Source: Hydrolagus affinis
Lineage: Eukaryota
DNA: 64,000 nucleotides
Assembly: GCA_012026655.1 (NCBI GenBank)
Contig: JAAILG010000454.1
Location: forward strand, 1 to 64,000
Direction of reading: 5' to 3'
Positions 13,477-26,800 of this stretch are shown here, in pieces. Position numbers and translations under genes: made by a program. The number at the start of each line of letters is the position of its first letter. Position 1 is the first letter of the stretch. The notes under the pieces were generated by a model that was not told the DNA's origin, searched no databases, and saw nothing but the letters and a program-made list of their open reading frames with translations.

Positions 13477-13520
13477 TGATTTATGGACCGTGGCTGCGAT
13501 TTAGGTTCAAGCAGAGTTCA
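13477..13520 (+). promoter_or_regulatory. Pbx-Hox site (TGATTTATGG, 13477-13486) plus DR5 RARE (GGTTCA-agcag-AGTTCA, 13504-13520) upstream of HoxD3
   Basis: Perfect DR5 of the type described 5' of paralogue-group-3 genes, with a canonical Pbx/Hox bipartite site 17 bp upstream. Confidence 0.8.
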
Positions 13521-16090
13521 CAAGCAATTGCTGTTTCTGAACAAGATTTGCTGCTTCGCCGCAGTCTTTTTTTTCGCCAATACCTTATTAATGTAAGTTT
13601 TGATGTTCCAGAGATAATGCCTTCAAATGAAATACAAGCCAGCAGGCTGGGTGTGTCGGTGAAGGTGTCGACCCTATCGGGACAAATAATACTGAGGCAT
13701 TTTCTTATCTTTTAAGGTTTGGACAGTGTACTTTGAACAGAAATGTAATTAGATTAAAGATAGTCTATACAATGGGAACTAATACAGTATTGAGCTAAAA
13801 TGGCAGTATCTGCGAGGTGAAGGCAAGTTAACAAAACATCATAAATGTTGATGTTTAAACATAAGGAGACGTGTGCAAACAAGGAATATAGGACAGGAAA
13901 GCAAAAAAAAATCACTGAATGAGAATCCCCCCCCCCACCCCCCCACCCCTTAAAAGAACAGCTGAAATCTGCACGTGTCTCTCACTGCAACTTTGGAGGC
14001 CTCAGATCATAACCCTCATATTTCATTATAATGTCAAATCCTGTCTGGCTGAAGGCTTTTTCTAAATGAATAGAAAATCTATTTGTGACGTGATGTAGTA
14101 GCGAGATAACTTGTACACCCAATGGTCGTAGTGGTTTATATTACGCTCAGTTTTGCTCAGATGAGGTCATTTATTCGCTGAATAGGTACAAAACTAATGC
14201 CAACAATACATTGAACTCTGGTCAATCACTTTCTTGTATAAAGTTTCACTTTCTTTCCACATTTCTAGTCGTGTGTGTGTGTCTGTGTGTGTGTTTCCTT
14301 TTTTTAAAAAAAAATGGTACATTTTGTCATTCTTTCTAATCAGAGCAATTGGGCTGTTTAGTAGATAAATTAGAGTGCTCTAATTTCAAGAACAAGGGAC
14401 CACATTGCAATTAAAAGGTTCGACACTTCTGCCGAGCGCAGTTCATAACGACTTGCTGGGAGGTCAGACCTCTCCACAACGTTGTGGGTATATTTTAACT
14501 TTCCTGTGGAGAATTGGGAAATGCTGAATGAGGAGACATCTTGTAGAAAAAAAAGATGCAGCTCGATAAAGTTTATTCACAGGAATATTGTAATTCCACA
14601 TCGACTGCAACAATTATAATCTCTGCCCTAATTTGCATTGTTTCATATCGATTCTGATATCGTTGTATTATTGAACGTTTATCGATCTTTAAAAAATGTT
14701 GTTGGCTAATAAACATTATGCACAATTCATTTACTGTTTTTGTTTCAACTCAGTACAGCTCGAAATTCTATAACGAGTAATCTATATTTTTTTCCTAAGC
14801 ATATATGTGATGGTCTCATTTAGTGAGTTTATCTGTATGTTATTTTTAAATACAATTCATAAGATGGGTCTGGTGTGCACATATAATGAATACCAGAGAA
14901 TGGATTTTTAACGCTGACTTGCTTATTTTCCATTTTATTTGTAACAAAGGGGTTTCAAAATGAACTAGTTATACTTTAACTATCTTGCCTGTTCAATGTC
15001 AGCAGAAAGATGTAATAAAAGAAACACATTCGCTTCACACAAACCTCCCTTCTGTTGAAGAAAAAGAAACCAACAATGGCAAGGGAACACTTCGCTGGTT
15101 TTTCAGGTTTTGGAACAAGCTCGATCCATCATGTCCCATATAACACTGTGTCTAGATCACAGAATAAAACAGGCAAACCCACAGCAAATGCTGCAGGCAA
15201 ACACGTCGCCTGTGACTATGGCATTTTAGCTCTTTTTAAGAGTTTTGTTTGTTCGTTTCTCACCAGTACGAAAATGGTCTCACTCAGTAAAACCATCTGG
15301 GATGGAACGGAATTTACTAATGCTATTGAAACTTCATTCACATTTTATTTTGAGGATATTGCTTAATAAAGTTGTAGAATAAAGCTGTCTGGTTTTTCGC
15401 ATGATGTTTGAAATGTTATGGGGGGATGATTTTGCTGTTTTTAACGTTTTCCTGTGATTCGTGGGGAATCATTTCTGGTACATGACTTGTCTATGATGGG
15501 CTTTAATGAATTAGTTATGAATTGGATATTAAGTACTAAATAAACAGCCAACGACATGTAGTAAACAGGTAACCGTTTAAAGTACCGGTATTTAAATCAT
15601 AAACTTTATATTTAATGTGGTAAGCTGAACAAAATACTGTCCATTTGGTAACTGTGGTTACACTTTAGTGCTAACTCCATCCTTTAAAAATATGGCAAAA
15701 CTAGCAAAAAAAAACTCGGACCCAAAAGCTTCAACATTAAAACATCCTGAAAGTTTTCAAGAAATTATCAGCAGCGAGAACATGAATATGAATTCCCCCC
15801 ATCTTGCTTATTGAATCGTAAAGCTAGGCTCTTTTTTTTAGACTCTTGTTATTTGTGTGTGTGTTTGAAAAAGAAATCCCCAACTGAGCATCATCTTACG
15901 GTTATAGATTGCTCTTTTACTGAAGACGCGAGAAGCGCTATAACAAATGCAGGGATTATTTTTTATTATGACTGATTTATGAGTTCCTAATGGTTCACCA
16001 TTCCTGTTGCTTTTTTTTCTCTCTCGCAACCCCCTAGGATTGCTGCGGTTTCACGATTGGGGGAACTGTGCCACGTGAGCGAGGGTGTCA

Positions 16091-16574
16091 ATGCTATTCG
16101 ATCAGGGTGTCAAGACCCTGTCATTCGGAAATAGCGAGATGCAAAAGACGACTTACTACGATAATGCCGGAGTATTTGGTGGCTACTCTTACCAAAAGTC
16201 CAACGCCTACAGCTATAGCTCCAGTCACCAGACATACCCAACCTCATCTGTTGAAAATGGTTATCAAAGCCCGACCTGTCCCATTCAAACACCCAGTGTC
16301 AGAGACCCAAACCATAAACCCACCGACATAAATGGCAGCTGCATGCGAACAAGTGGCAACCAGGCTACTGCCCAGTCCCAAAGCATCAATGAGCCTCCAC
16401 AACCACCGCCGTTACCGCCCTCACCCAATGCAAGTAACACCTCGTCACAGAAAAGAACTAAGTCCATCCCAAATTCCTCTGGCAGCCCGGCTGCTACTCT
16501 CACCAAGCAAATCTTCCCATGGATGAAGGAGAGCCGTCAAAACGCCAAGCAGAAAAACAACTGCACGGTTGCAG
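16091..16574 (+). CDS. HOXD3: HoxD3 coding exon 1
   Basis: MLFDQG... start (human MLFEQG), PG3 N-terminus MQKTTYYDN, hexapeptide [13 protein letters not shown], phase-1 donor GCAG|GTATCT. Upstream acceptor (pyrimidine tract + TAG) at 16037. Confidence 0.95.
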
Positions 16575-17901
16575 GTATCTTGTCAATAGCTCACTCGTTT
16601 GTCAGCTTTTAATCACACAAAGTTTGTTGGAGCATTTACAGTGAACTTCACCAAAAGAAGTCGCCGCATTTAGTAGGGAACTCTTTATCCCCGTTATCTT
16701 GCTGCTGGTAATATGGTTGTGGGGGGGGTGGTGGGGTGATCATTACACATGTCCAGGGAATACTTGATGTGTACTCCAATGATAAATTGTAAAGAAACAT
16801 ACCCTTAGAGGTTACAATAATACATTCGTGTAAAATCACTTCTGGTTGAATGACTCAATGGTCTACTTAGGAAGGATTAGTCACGAGAGAAAAAAAAGGA
16901 CTGGCGAAACTTTCTAAATATGTGAATTATCCTTCCCTTTGATCCTTATGGGTTATATTGGGGGATTCTGATCGATTCATTTGGTCGTGACGGGCAAATG
17001 ATTCGATAATATCAATCCTGAGTTTGTGTAAACAAACCACAACTTCGCAAAATGTGAGAACGCCAACATTTGCTTGAATTAGCTATGCGCATAAATAGAT
17101 TCAACTAGTATTTGATCTCATCCTTATCTGTTGCCTTTGTTCACAACACCTCTTAGGTGTGGAAGTTACGAGCACAGATGGTCCAGTAGAGTGTGTGATA
17201 TGAGTGTGGTTTAATGAGACCCATGCTTCATATTCCAACTGTGGTTGCTCATGGGTATTATCAATCGATACAACTGTCATTTAAATGGGAATAATTAAAC
17301 AGTTGAACTTTACAATGAAATGTAGCCTATTTTCCACATCTATTATTCCGAAAAAGAAGTGAATCCTTCTGATGGGCTCATCTTTAACTCCTCAAAAGTT
17401 CAACGAAAAAGTCATGCTGTTTTCTGCGCCAAGTCTATGCAACTTGTAGTGTAGAAGGCACGAAGCAAGATTCACGAGAATTACTAAACTCCCTCAGAGG
17501 TTAAACTCTTTGCCCAATTAGAATTAGAACTACATGTAAATTAGAAAAATAAGCACAATTTCTGGCTTTTTAGTCAAAGTAACATTTGAAGTTATGAACT
17601 TAAAAAAGAAAGTATCACAGTCTTGGAGAGTTCCTTAAAAGTGTTTCACTTGTGGAATACCAGTGTTGTTCTACTATAGAAAGTTAAAATGCAGAAGCCA
17701 AGAGGTCAGCATAAAAAGAAAATCGCTAGTTCACGAACTAGCGGTACAATTAGTATCCGTGTCTATCTCTCACCATAATCATTTCTTTCTTAGTCAACCT
17801 TAGCTTTGTAACCGCCTGGACGAACTAAATTGTTACAGGGCATATATTTTTGAGAGAGAGAGAGTGCAACACGCGTTGAGAATGGCCGGGATTCAGTCTA
17901 G

Positions 17902-18735
<834 letters not shown>

Positions 18736-19548
18736 TGGACACAGCACGGTTTGCCCAAGCGATGTCACCTCGCTTTTTAAAAAAATATATATTACCTCAT
18801 TTGTATCAAGTATTCTCATGCTTTGAGACTGCCAGCAGTATGTGTCCACACACCCACCCACCTACCATTTCTTACCCGTTACATTGCTTTTCTGTGTTTG
18901 TTTAAGGATCTTTATGCCATCCGTTGTCTCCCCCACCCCCTTCGGTATGATCCTAGTGCAATGCAGAATGCAAATAGAGGAACAAATACTTGAAATCGGT
19001 TCTTAAGAAGGTAAGACGTAATGCTGTCTGCAAACGCTTCTTCTTAAATTGATTTTGAAAGACTATGATTCCATACGCACCCCACGTTGGTGAGATTCTG
19101 CCTGTAAACTGGTTTTATTACCCAATACCCAGTACCTGTACGTTTCAGTAATGATCGAACTGCATTGAACGTCAACGATATGTATTTATTATTTTAACTC
19201 GAAACAAAAAAGATTTTTCTATCACTTATTTATCCTCGTCTTAATGTATTTATGTGGAAATTTATAGATCTTATACAACCTGACTTTGACCTGTTTGATC
19301 CATGTCTGTTACAATCATATTTCTCCTCTTTAGTAAACCTGGGTTTAAACTAGATGAGAGGATAGTTTCTTGAGCAATTGTATCAGTGGCTGATGTTTGT
19401 AGTTTATGTAAGGGTTATTTCTGAAAGCAAACTTGTAAGTTATGACTGTAGTTAATCAAAGAAAATGTGACACTACACAATAGACTATACACATTTCTAT
19501 AAGAATACTTTATTTCAATTGTCTGGTTCTATTTCGAAAGATATTTAG

Positions 19549-19554
19549 AATAAA
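19549..19554 (+). terminator. Probable HoxD3 polyadenylation signal AATAAA
   Basis: First AATAAA I found after the stop (~810 nt), followed by T/GT-rich sequence. Confidence 0.5.
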
Positions 19555-21917
19555 AATCTGTTCTTTGAACAAACCTGTAGCCTTTATTTACTAATATTGC
19601 ACGAGCTGTATGCTTCGCCATCTTGTCTCCTCACTTGTCATTAACACAATACAGGCTGACTGTTGGCTTATGGAGCCATTCAGCAAAGCTCGTCTAAAAT
19701 GTATGTGCAACATTTAAAAATATATATCTATATTATTTTCTCAATTTGCAAAATTAAACTCATCCTGATGAAGGTTGGTTATGAACAAAGCAATGCAATG
19801 TGAATCTGGACTGTAAGGAGTTAAGGGGCAGACAGACACAACATTAAACGGGAGACAAAGACAAAGGATTGAGGAGATGACGAGAGGAGACACAGGAAAG
19901 CAGGAAGGGATAAATAAAAGGGAAAGGGATAAAATCCAACAATGTGTACATTGATTACAGTTACCTTCCGTCATATGTGTCTTCCCCCAGAATACTGAAG
20001 TATTTAACACTCGCAATTGGTATGTAAGCTGTTCTGAATACAATATATTCAAGGGTGGGGGTGGGGGGAGGTAGGTTAGCTTAGTTGGACTTTTACAACG
20101 TGCACAAGACATAAATCAAGATATAACATAAGTGAACAAGTTCACAGCTATTATCTACACACGTAGAAATAAATCCACAGGCAGACCTCGGTGTCTATTA
20201 CCGTTATATTACACACGATGTCGATATGAATATCTGGCAGACTGTGTTGACTGTGAGGCAGAGAGAGAGAGAGAGAGACTAAACGCGGTGGAATAGACCG
20301 GGTGCTTTCAGACAAGAAGATGATGAATCTTTGGGGTCAAGAAACGAGCCACAATAATCTTCACAGCAGCAATTCGCAAACTCGTCCCACGCGACGCCAT
20401 TTTGGTCGACAAACAAATGAGCAGAGCAGACCGAGCTCCGCCAACAGCTTATCTTAAAAGAGGGAGAGATTTGTTTTAAAATCTCAGAAGACATGTATCA
20501 CTTCAAAACGTCGGCGCTTTGACGAACATCACAATCCACTTGCTTTGTGTTGAAGGGTTAGAGGCTGGTGCCAAGCGCCCAGATGATATGAGAGCAGTAT
20601 TATTATGATGATGATATGATAACCCAGTTTAATGCCCTCTGACTCCCACTACACAGCAAGTTTCCTAGAACGCATCCAAAGAATCTCTCCTTCTTTGTAT
20701 TTTATTTTTGCTAACCTTTCTGACATTTGCATTATAGTGCATCAATGTGCGTGTACTTTACAATCCCAGAGTGTACAGCTAAACGCAGCTCATAAGTTTA
20801 TGTCCTCGTTAATTGACACCAATGCTTGAAAGAGATCCAGAGGTTCTTGTTTTGTTAGCATGCCACCCACATATTAAAGAATGCAAATTGTTGTCTTTAC
20901 AGGCAAAGTGAAAGCTAGAGAACAAGAACTCCCACACATGCATTCTAAAAAGAAAAATATAGCTCCTGGGTGCGTGCCCACCAAATCGAGTTTAGCTAAA
21001 CAATACACACACACACAAAACACACACACACAGAGAAAATGCCACACTCTTAATTCAACTGCTTTTTTTAAAAAATTATTTGTTTCTCTGTTTGCGATAA
21101 AAGTATCAAACATTTTGATGCCTAATTTGCCAATAACATATTACAGAATCTGCAGCCCGTGGGCTCTTTTTTAAAAAAAAATCAATTAACATACAAAACG
21201 TGGCTATTAAATGTTGAAAGTTCATAAGTTACAACAGCTGTTTTCGCGGAGAATCAGTAAGATGTTTAAAAGCCTTTTTAGGAGGATATAAATAAATGGC
21301 TTCTGGGTGTTGATAAACTTGGAAAATACAACAGTGCATATGAATAACAAGACATTCTATGCTGAGAGCTCTCCTCCAGATGGAATGAGTTAGACGCTAT
21401 TTACTCCATCTAAGAATAGTCAATAGAAAGAGGAAAAAAGCTAAGCAAAAAAAATTGACATTTTGAAAACATCCTAAATATTTACATGGCGGAATTAAGG
21501 AATTCAGTGTCAGTGACTCTGTCCAATTTGGCATTGGGCCTGACTGCCTGCTCCACAGGCCAGGGCGTTAGCTCTCCCCACAGCTTGTGTTCATTCTTCT
21601 GTGCGGACAAGGCTTGTGCCGATTGTCACAACTCCCGAGGATTAATTGAGTTGTAGTTTATTACACTGAGCTGCCTGTTATTTCTGGGCAGCAATCATCT
21701 AACCTCCTGATTGTTGTTTTATTCTCAATAATAGAGCCGCCAACGCAGGATGCTCTTGTATGTTTCTCAACCTTACATGTATCTTACTCCACAAAGCCTC
21801 AAATATTTGCTCGTTCCCGGCTGGTGTTCTGGACATGATCTGCGAGGAAAGATGGAAACACTGCAACGCACCTTTCTACATTTTATTTCAGAATCATTCA
21901 GAAAGCCAGCCTTATTC

Positions 21918-21955
21918 CCACTCTTGTCATTGGTTAGGGTGATCATGTGACGATA
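21918..21955 (+). promoter_or_regulatory. Putative HoxD2 proximal promoter (inverted CCAAT, GATCATGTGAC)
   Basis: TGTCATTGG...GATCATGTGAC ~180-200 bp upstream of the ATG, as recalled for Hox2 promoters. Confidence 0.45.
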
Positions 21956-22128
21956 AAATCAGCCTCATCTCAACATCGTGTCTGTGTATTCAATGGACAT
22001 AGTTTAATAATAGCACTGTCCCTAAGCGTTTGTAATCAGTACTTTATATATATATATATAAATATACATTTTTTTTCAAAGAAAGTTGTCAAATAAGCAA
22101 ATTTTCTACCGCTTCTGCCCTGGCAGAA

Positions 22129-22474
22129 ATGAACAACGGGTTTGAGCGAGAGGTTGGCTTTATCAATAGTGAGCCATCGCTTGCCGAGTGCCTGACTTGC
22201 TTTCCTCCTGTTGGCGAGACATTTCAAAGTTCATCAATCAAGAACTCGACGCTTTCACATTCGACACTGATTCCTCCTCCTTCTGAGCAAAGCTCCTGCA
22301 GCCTGGACCATGGTAACACACAGCAAAATGGGAGAAGCCACACTTCAAAAGGCACTGGCCGGGCCACGTTAGGGGAAAAACCTCTGGAATATCCGTGGAT
22401 GAGAGACAAGAAAAACCATAAGAAAAAAACAGCCCCAGCAACAGGATCATTCTCGTCTTGCTCTTCCAATGAAG
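22129..22474 (+). CDS. HOXD2: HoxD2 exon 1
   Basis: PG2 N-terminus MNNGFEREVGFINSEPSLAECLT..TFQSSSIKNSTLSHSTLIPPP, hexapeptide EYPWMRDKK, phase-1 donor GAAG|GTCAGG. Lies between HoxD3 and HoxD1. Confidence 0.92.
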
Positions 22475-22908
22475 GTCAGGTTAAACTCATTTTTCCTTTA
22501 GTATTTCGTATCGTCACCGGCGGTGGTGCAGTGTGTTGGGGGACATTAAAAAAACAATCTTAGAAATCGTGCAACGACTCGAATTAACAGAAAGGTGTAG
22601 CTACCTGTATAACCATCACAGGCTCAACGTTGCACTTAACCATAGATAATGAACAGTTAAAGAGATGCTCGGAATCTGAAGCACACCTCGTGCTGTGTTT
22701 TTGAAGAATCTAAACTCCTTTTAAATGCAAGATTATTGCGAATAATTTATCTGCATCACCTTTTCCGTTGCTTTGCTTGGGCCAGTGTTTTGCTTAAACA
22801 GTATCTTTTGTGTGTGAGTGGCGGCCATTTTATACCACTAGCTTATTACGAAAATACCGTTGTAACTTATTAAAACTTTCCCCCCCACCACCCTCCCCTT
22901 CGATACAG

Positions 22909-23660
22909 AAAACGAAGAGCTTAATGAAACAGACAATGGCGGTCCCTTTGACAGCTCTAGGAGGCTACGAACCACTTACACTAACACACAGCTGTTGGAG
23001 CTGGAAAAAGAGTTTCATTACAATAGATACCTCTGTAGACCTCGGAGGGTAGAAATCGCAGCCCTACTCGATTTAACAGAAAGGCAAGTCAAGGTCTGGT
23101 TTCAGAACAGGCGCATGAAACACAAGAGACAGTCTCGATTCAAGCAGAGCCAAAACTATGACTCCAAGCGTCATTTTAACACCCCCGCGTTGAATCAAAG
23201 TGGATTTCCCACAAAGAACTCCGGCGAGACACCTGTAAATAAAACTTTGAATTCGTTGGAGACCGAAAACTTTGTTGGGCAAGATCTGGGTGACTCTCAC
23301 CATAAAGACATATTGAATGAAATCAGCAGTGACCTGCTCAGTGTGATTGATACTTCTTTATTGTACATCGAGGGTAACCAGAGCCAATATCTCCCTCAAA
23401 CCTTAGATGCTACAGACTACTCGCTCACCATGTTGGAGAACTGCTCTGGTGGAACGACGCCGAGCAGCCCGGAGAGTTTCAGCCTTCCTTCTCTGGAGGA
23501 TTTAGAAACAATTACAATTGAACCCCGTCTAGATTTGATAGAGGAATTGCCGCAAATATCTTTGCTGGGAAACGAGGAATCGCTGGTTATACCATCCAAT
23601 GCGTTTGACTTTTTAAATGACAATTTTGGCTCCACAGATTTTCAGCAGCTACAGTTTTAA
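22909..23660 (+). CDS. HOXD2: HoxD2 exon 2 (homeodomain)
   Basis: Acceptor TACAG|AA in phase 1. PG2 homeodomain [59 protein letters not shown] and acidic tail ending DFQQLQF*. Spliced ORF intact, 365 aa. Confidence 0.93.
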
Positions 23661-23871
23661 AGTCGGATTCTTTCTCTCTCTCTCTTCCCCCCCCCACCCC
23701 CCCCCCACACACCATTTTACGCCCACTAATATGTGTTACTTTCAACAATTGTACGAACAGGTTGGAAAAGTCCTCGCATAGACTTTGGCATCTGTGGGAA
23801 TGCATTTAAAGGGACTGGGTTTGCTAAAAATGAAACTGAACGGTTTTTCATCGAATTGATATGATGCAAGA

Positions 23872-23877
23872 AATAAA
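23872..23877 (+). terminator. Possible HoxD2 polyadenylation signal AATAAA
   Basis: AATAAA ~210 nt after the stop, followed by T-rich sequence. Confidence 0.4.
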
Positions 23878-26800
23878 AGTATTTTCACTATTTTATTTTA
23901 AATAATGTCGAACAAGTACAGATTTTTTCAACGAGCTAAAAGACACGTCTTATAATACATTTTTATACAAAGTTGGTGTAACAACTGTTAATATGAAAAA
24001 ATATGCACGGCAAAAGTTAATGTATTTTAAACAAAATAGACATTTTAGTTGAGCGTGTCTATTCCGATTCGGTTGGGAATCCTCAGATATATCGATTTTT
24101 TTCGTCCAAACAATCTCGTTTCAGTAACATTCATTCCTGGAAAATAAAAATAGAATTTTAGCCAGTAGCCAACAGAACAGAACACACATATCCTCCGTGA
24201 TACCAAAATTAGGAATTGCTTATATTTCAAACCTGTACAATAGTCAAGAGCTATTCACGTGAAAGCGTAATTCTGAATATTTTCTAAACCTTTAATTTTG
24301 TTTCTGGATCGCCTTTCATTGTTAGAGCTTTAATTGATCCAACATTGCCTATTTTTAAAAAAAAAGTAATTTGGAAAACACTTAAACTGAAGTCTTCAAA
24401 GTCACATCGAAGTCTTTTTTTTATCTCTTAACCATCAAATGTATTTCAAATATCGAATATGATACACATGAAAATGCGAACAAAGAGCTACCGATTATAT
24501 AGTTAGTTTATTTATCAAAGCGAGCTTGAACGTCATTGAAATCTATTCGAAATGTTGATCAGAAAAACACCACTGTTAAAATTCATTCACAATAATCAGA
24601 AATACACCAGGAACGCCATTTTGTGAGAAACCATCTGAATAGATTAATTGCACGGAGACCCTATTTACAGGGAGAGAGTGAAGCAAGATTTATAATTGAC
24701 CACACATGCCAGAATTCACAACAAAGAAGCTTCCACAGACGTGCAATGTTACAATGAACAACTCAAACGTTAGCTTAAAACAATTATTTATAAATTTGTT
24801 TCATTTTAAATTTTAAAAGCTATCAGTAGCGTGTCAATATATGTGGCAGATTAACTTGGCGAAGTGATCTGTGGACAGATCTGTGTTGGTTCGAGAACAA
24901 CAGGCCAGAAATATTGTAGTAATAATAATAAAAAATAATATAAGTTTGAAGTGAAGTTTTGACATCAGTGAAACATATCGAGATATCACAACGTTGAAAA
25001 TATTCGAACCATTCTAGAAAGTTAACTGCAATAAAATAATAACCTCCTTTGTAAGACATAGGTGTGCAAAGGTATCCAAAATGGTCAAGCAATATTATTA
25101 TTTCAAATCATTGAAAACATTCCTTTGGACTTTCTCACATGGAGCTCCCAATCAGTTTAACTCTTTGGAGTTTGGTATTAATACTGGTATGTGGTATAGA
25201 GATGGAAGATAAAATATAGCACAGTCCCAAGGCAGAAATGCACCAGCTAAACCAAACGTTGCTTTATTGTGCGCTGTTTCTTGTGTTTTTAAACGTGTGC
25301 TTAAATCTGTCAGCACCAGCAGTGAAGGCAAAATAGTGCTTTGCTACAAACAGAAGTGGATTTTAAATCATTAACGCACCCACGCGGTTTGCTGTCAGCA
25401 TTTTTTTTGTTGGCGGCTGGACCTCGCTTGGATATGCTTCTTCCACTATCTCCTACATTTGTAGTGGTTAATAAATATTTTAATTTTTTGAAATTCCTAT
25501 TTTGGGTGTGTGATTTTTTTCAAAAATGCAGAGTTGTTTGAAGCAACAATATTTGTTGGTTCCAAATCTGATACAATATGCTCTAAGGATCAAACGGTCT
25601 ATGAATTGCTGTTATACCGAATATGTTGGTCAACTTGGGCGTTTCTTTTATATGAAACTCTTCCAATTCTTATAATAGACCATCCAATACCAATAAAGGC
25701 GACAAATTCCGAATAAATCACGAAATATCTGCAGGCAATTCATTACCTGTGAATGTTTGTACTGAAACCCCCCTCCACCAAACTTCAGATATGGACATAA
25801 TAACACAATTTTAAAAAAAATCGCTGCCATTTAATTATTTATGTTTCTGTTTTTAACTGTTTACGTTGTGTCTGTTTCCATCAGAATAGGAACATAGGCA
25901 CATAAGGGAATCATTCGAAACTGATGAGTTTGATTCAAGGATTTACTTACTGACTTACTGTTAGAGTAAGATTAGGAGGCCTCCCCCCCTCCCCCCACCC
26001 CCACTCCCCCCAAGCATAATGTATGCATTTCAAAACAAAAGGGCGGATTTTACGAGAGCTTGTCCAGATAATAAACAACAGTTGTGGAGGATTCCCTGTG
26101 TGGACCAAAACGATCACGTGGCAGAAAGAAAATATCAACCATCATATTTCAAGTTTATGAGGGCAGCTGGCTATTATACGCACAACTGGCGTTTCCGTTT
26201 ATTTTGCAAAACACGAGGGCTGTTAAAGAAAAATACAATTGCAAATGAAAAGAAAGGTTAATATCGGGATTTGTAGCAAGTCTCCGGCAAACGAGCAGTT
26301 GTGCTGAGAGACTTGGGAGCCCTGGCTGGATGCAGGGCTGTCAGCGGGGCATTGTTAAGAGTTCATCAATCATGAAATCTGCACTTTTCCCTCGACAGCG
26401 GTTCCTCCTTCTCCAAAGCAGCCAAGGCCAGCTGGGATCCCTCCAGCAACCGCTGACAAAGTGGACAAATGTGAAAACGAATAACACAACAGTCTAATCA
26501 CAGCGCAGGCGAATCAGTCTGTAGGAACAAGCAACGCGAAATCTGGGACTAAATGCTATCCCTCGTTACCGCTCGTTAAAGAGAGGGTAAAACTTTTCAA
26601 GGGCAACAAAAAAAATCATCATGGCTCAGTCGAGAAAGTTAGTTGTGCGCAAATTAAAGTAAAGTGTGACTTTTTTTTCCCCTGTAGTGCTTGGGTTATT
26701 TACATTAAGCTTTTTTTTTTAAAAAAAGCGCCAATAATGCACATTTATTGGAAACTATGGTGAATAAAATACATACATTTCAATCTTGAATTTCGTCTCC

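Noticed and set aside
1-16000. HoxD4 or miR-10
   Set aside because: No PG4 homeobox or miR-10 mature sequence (TACCCTGTAGA) was seen; both should lie upstream of the window.
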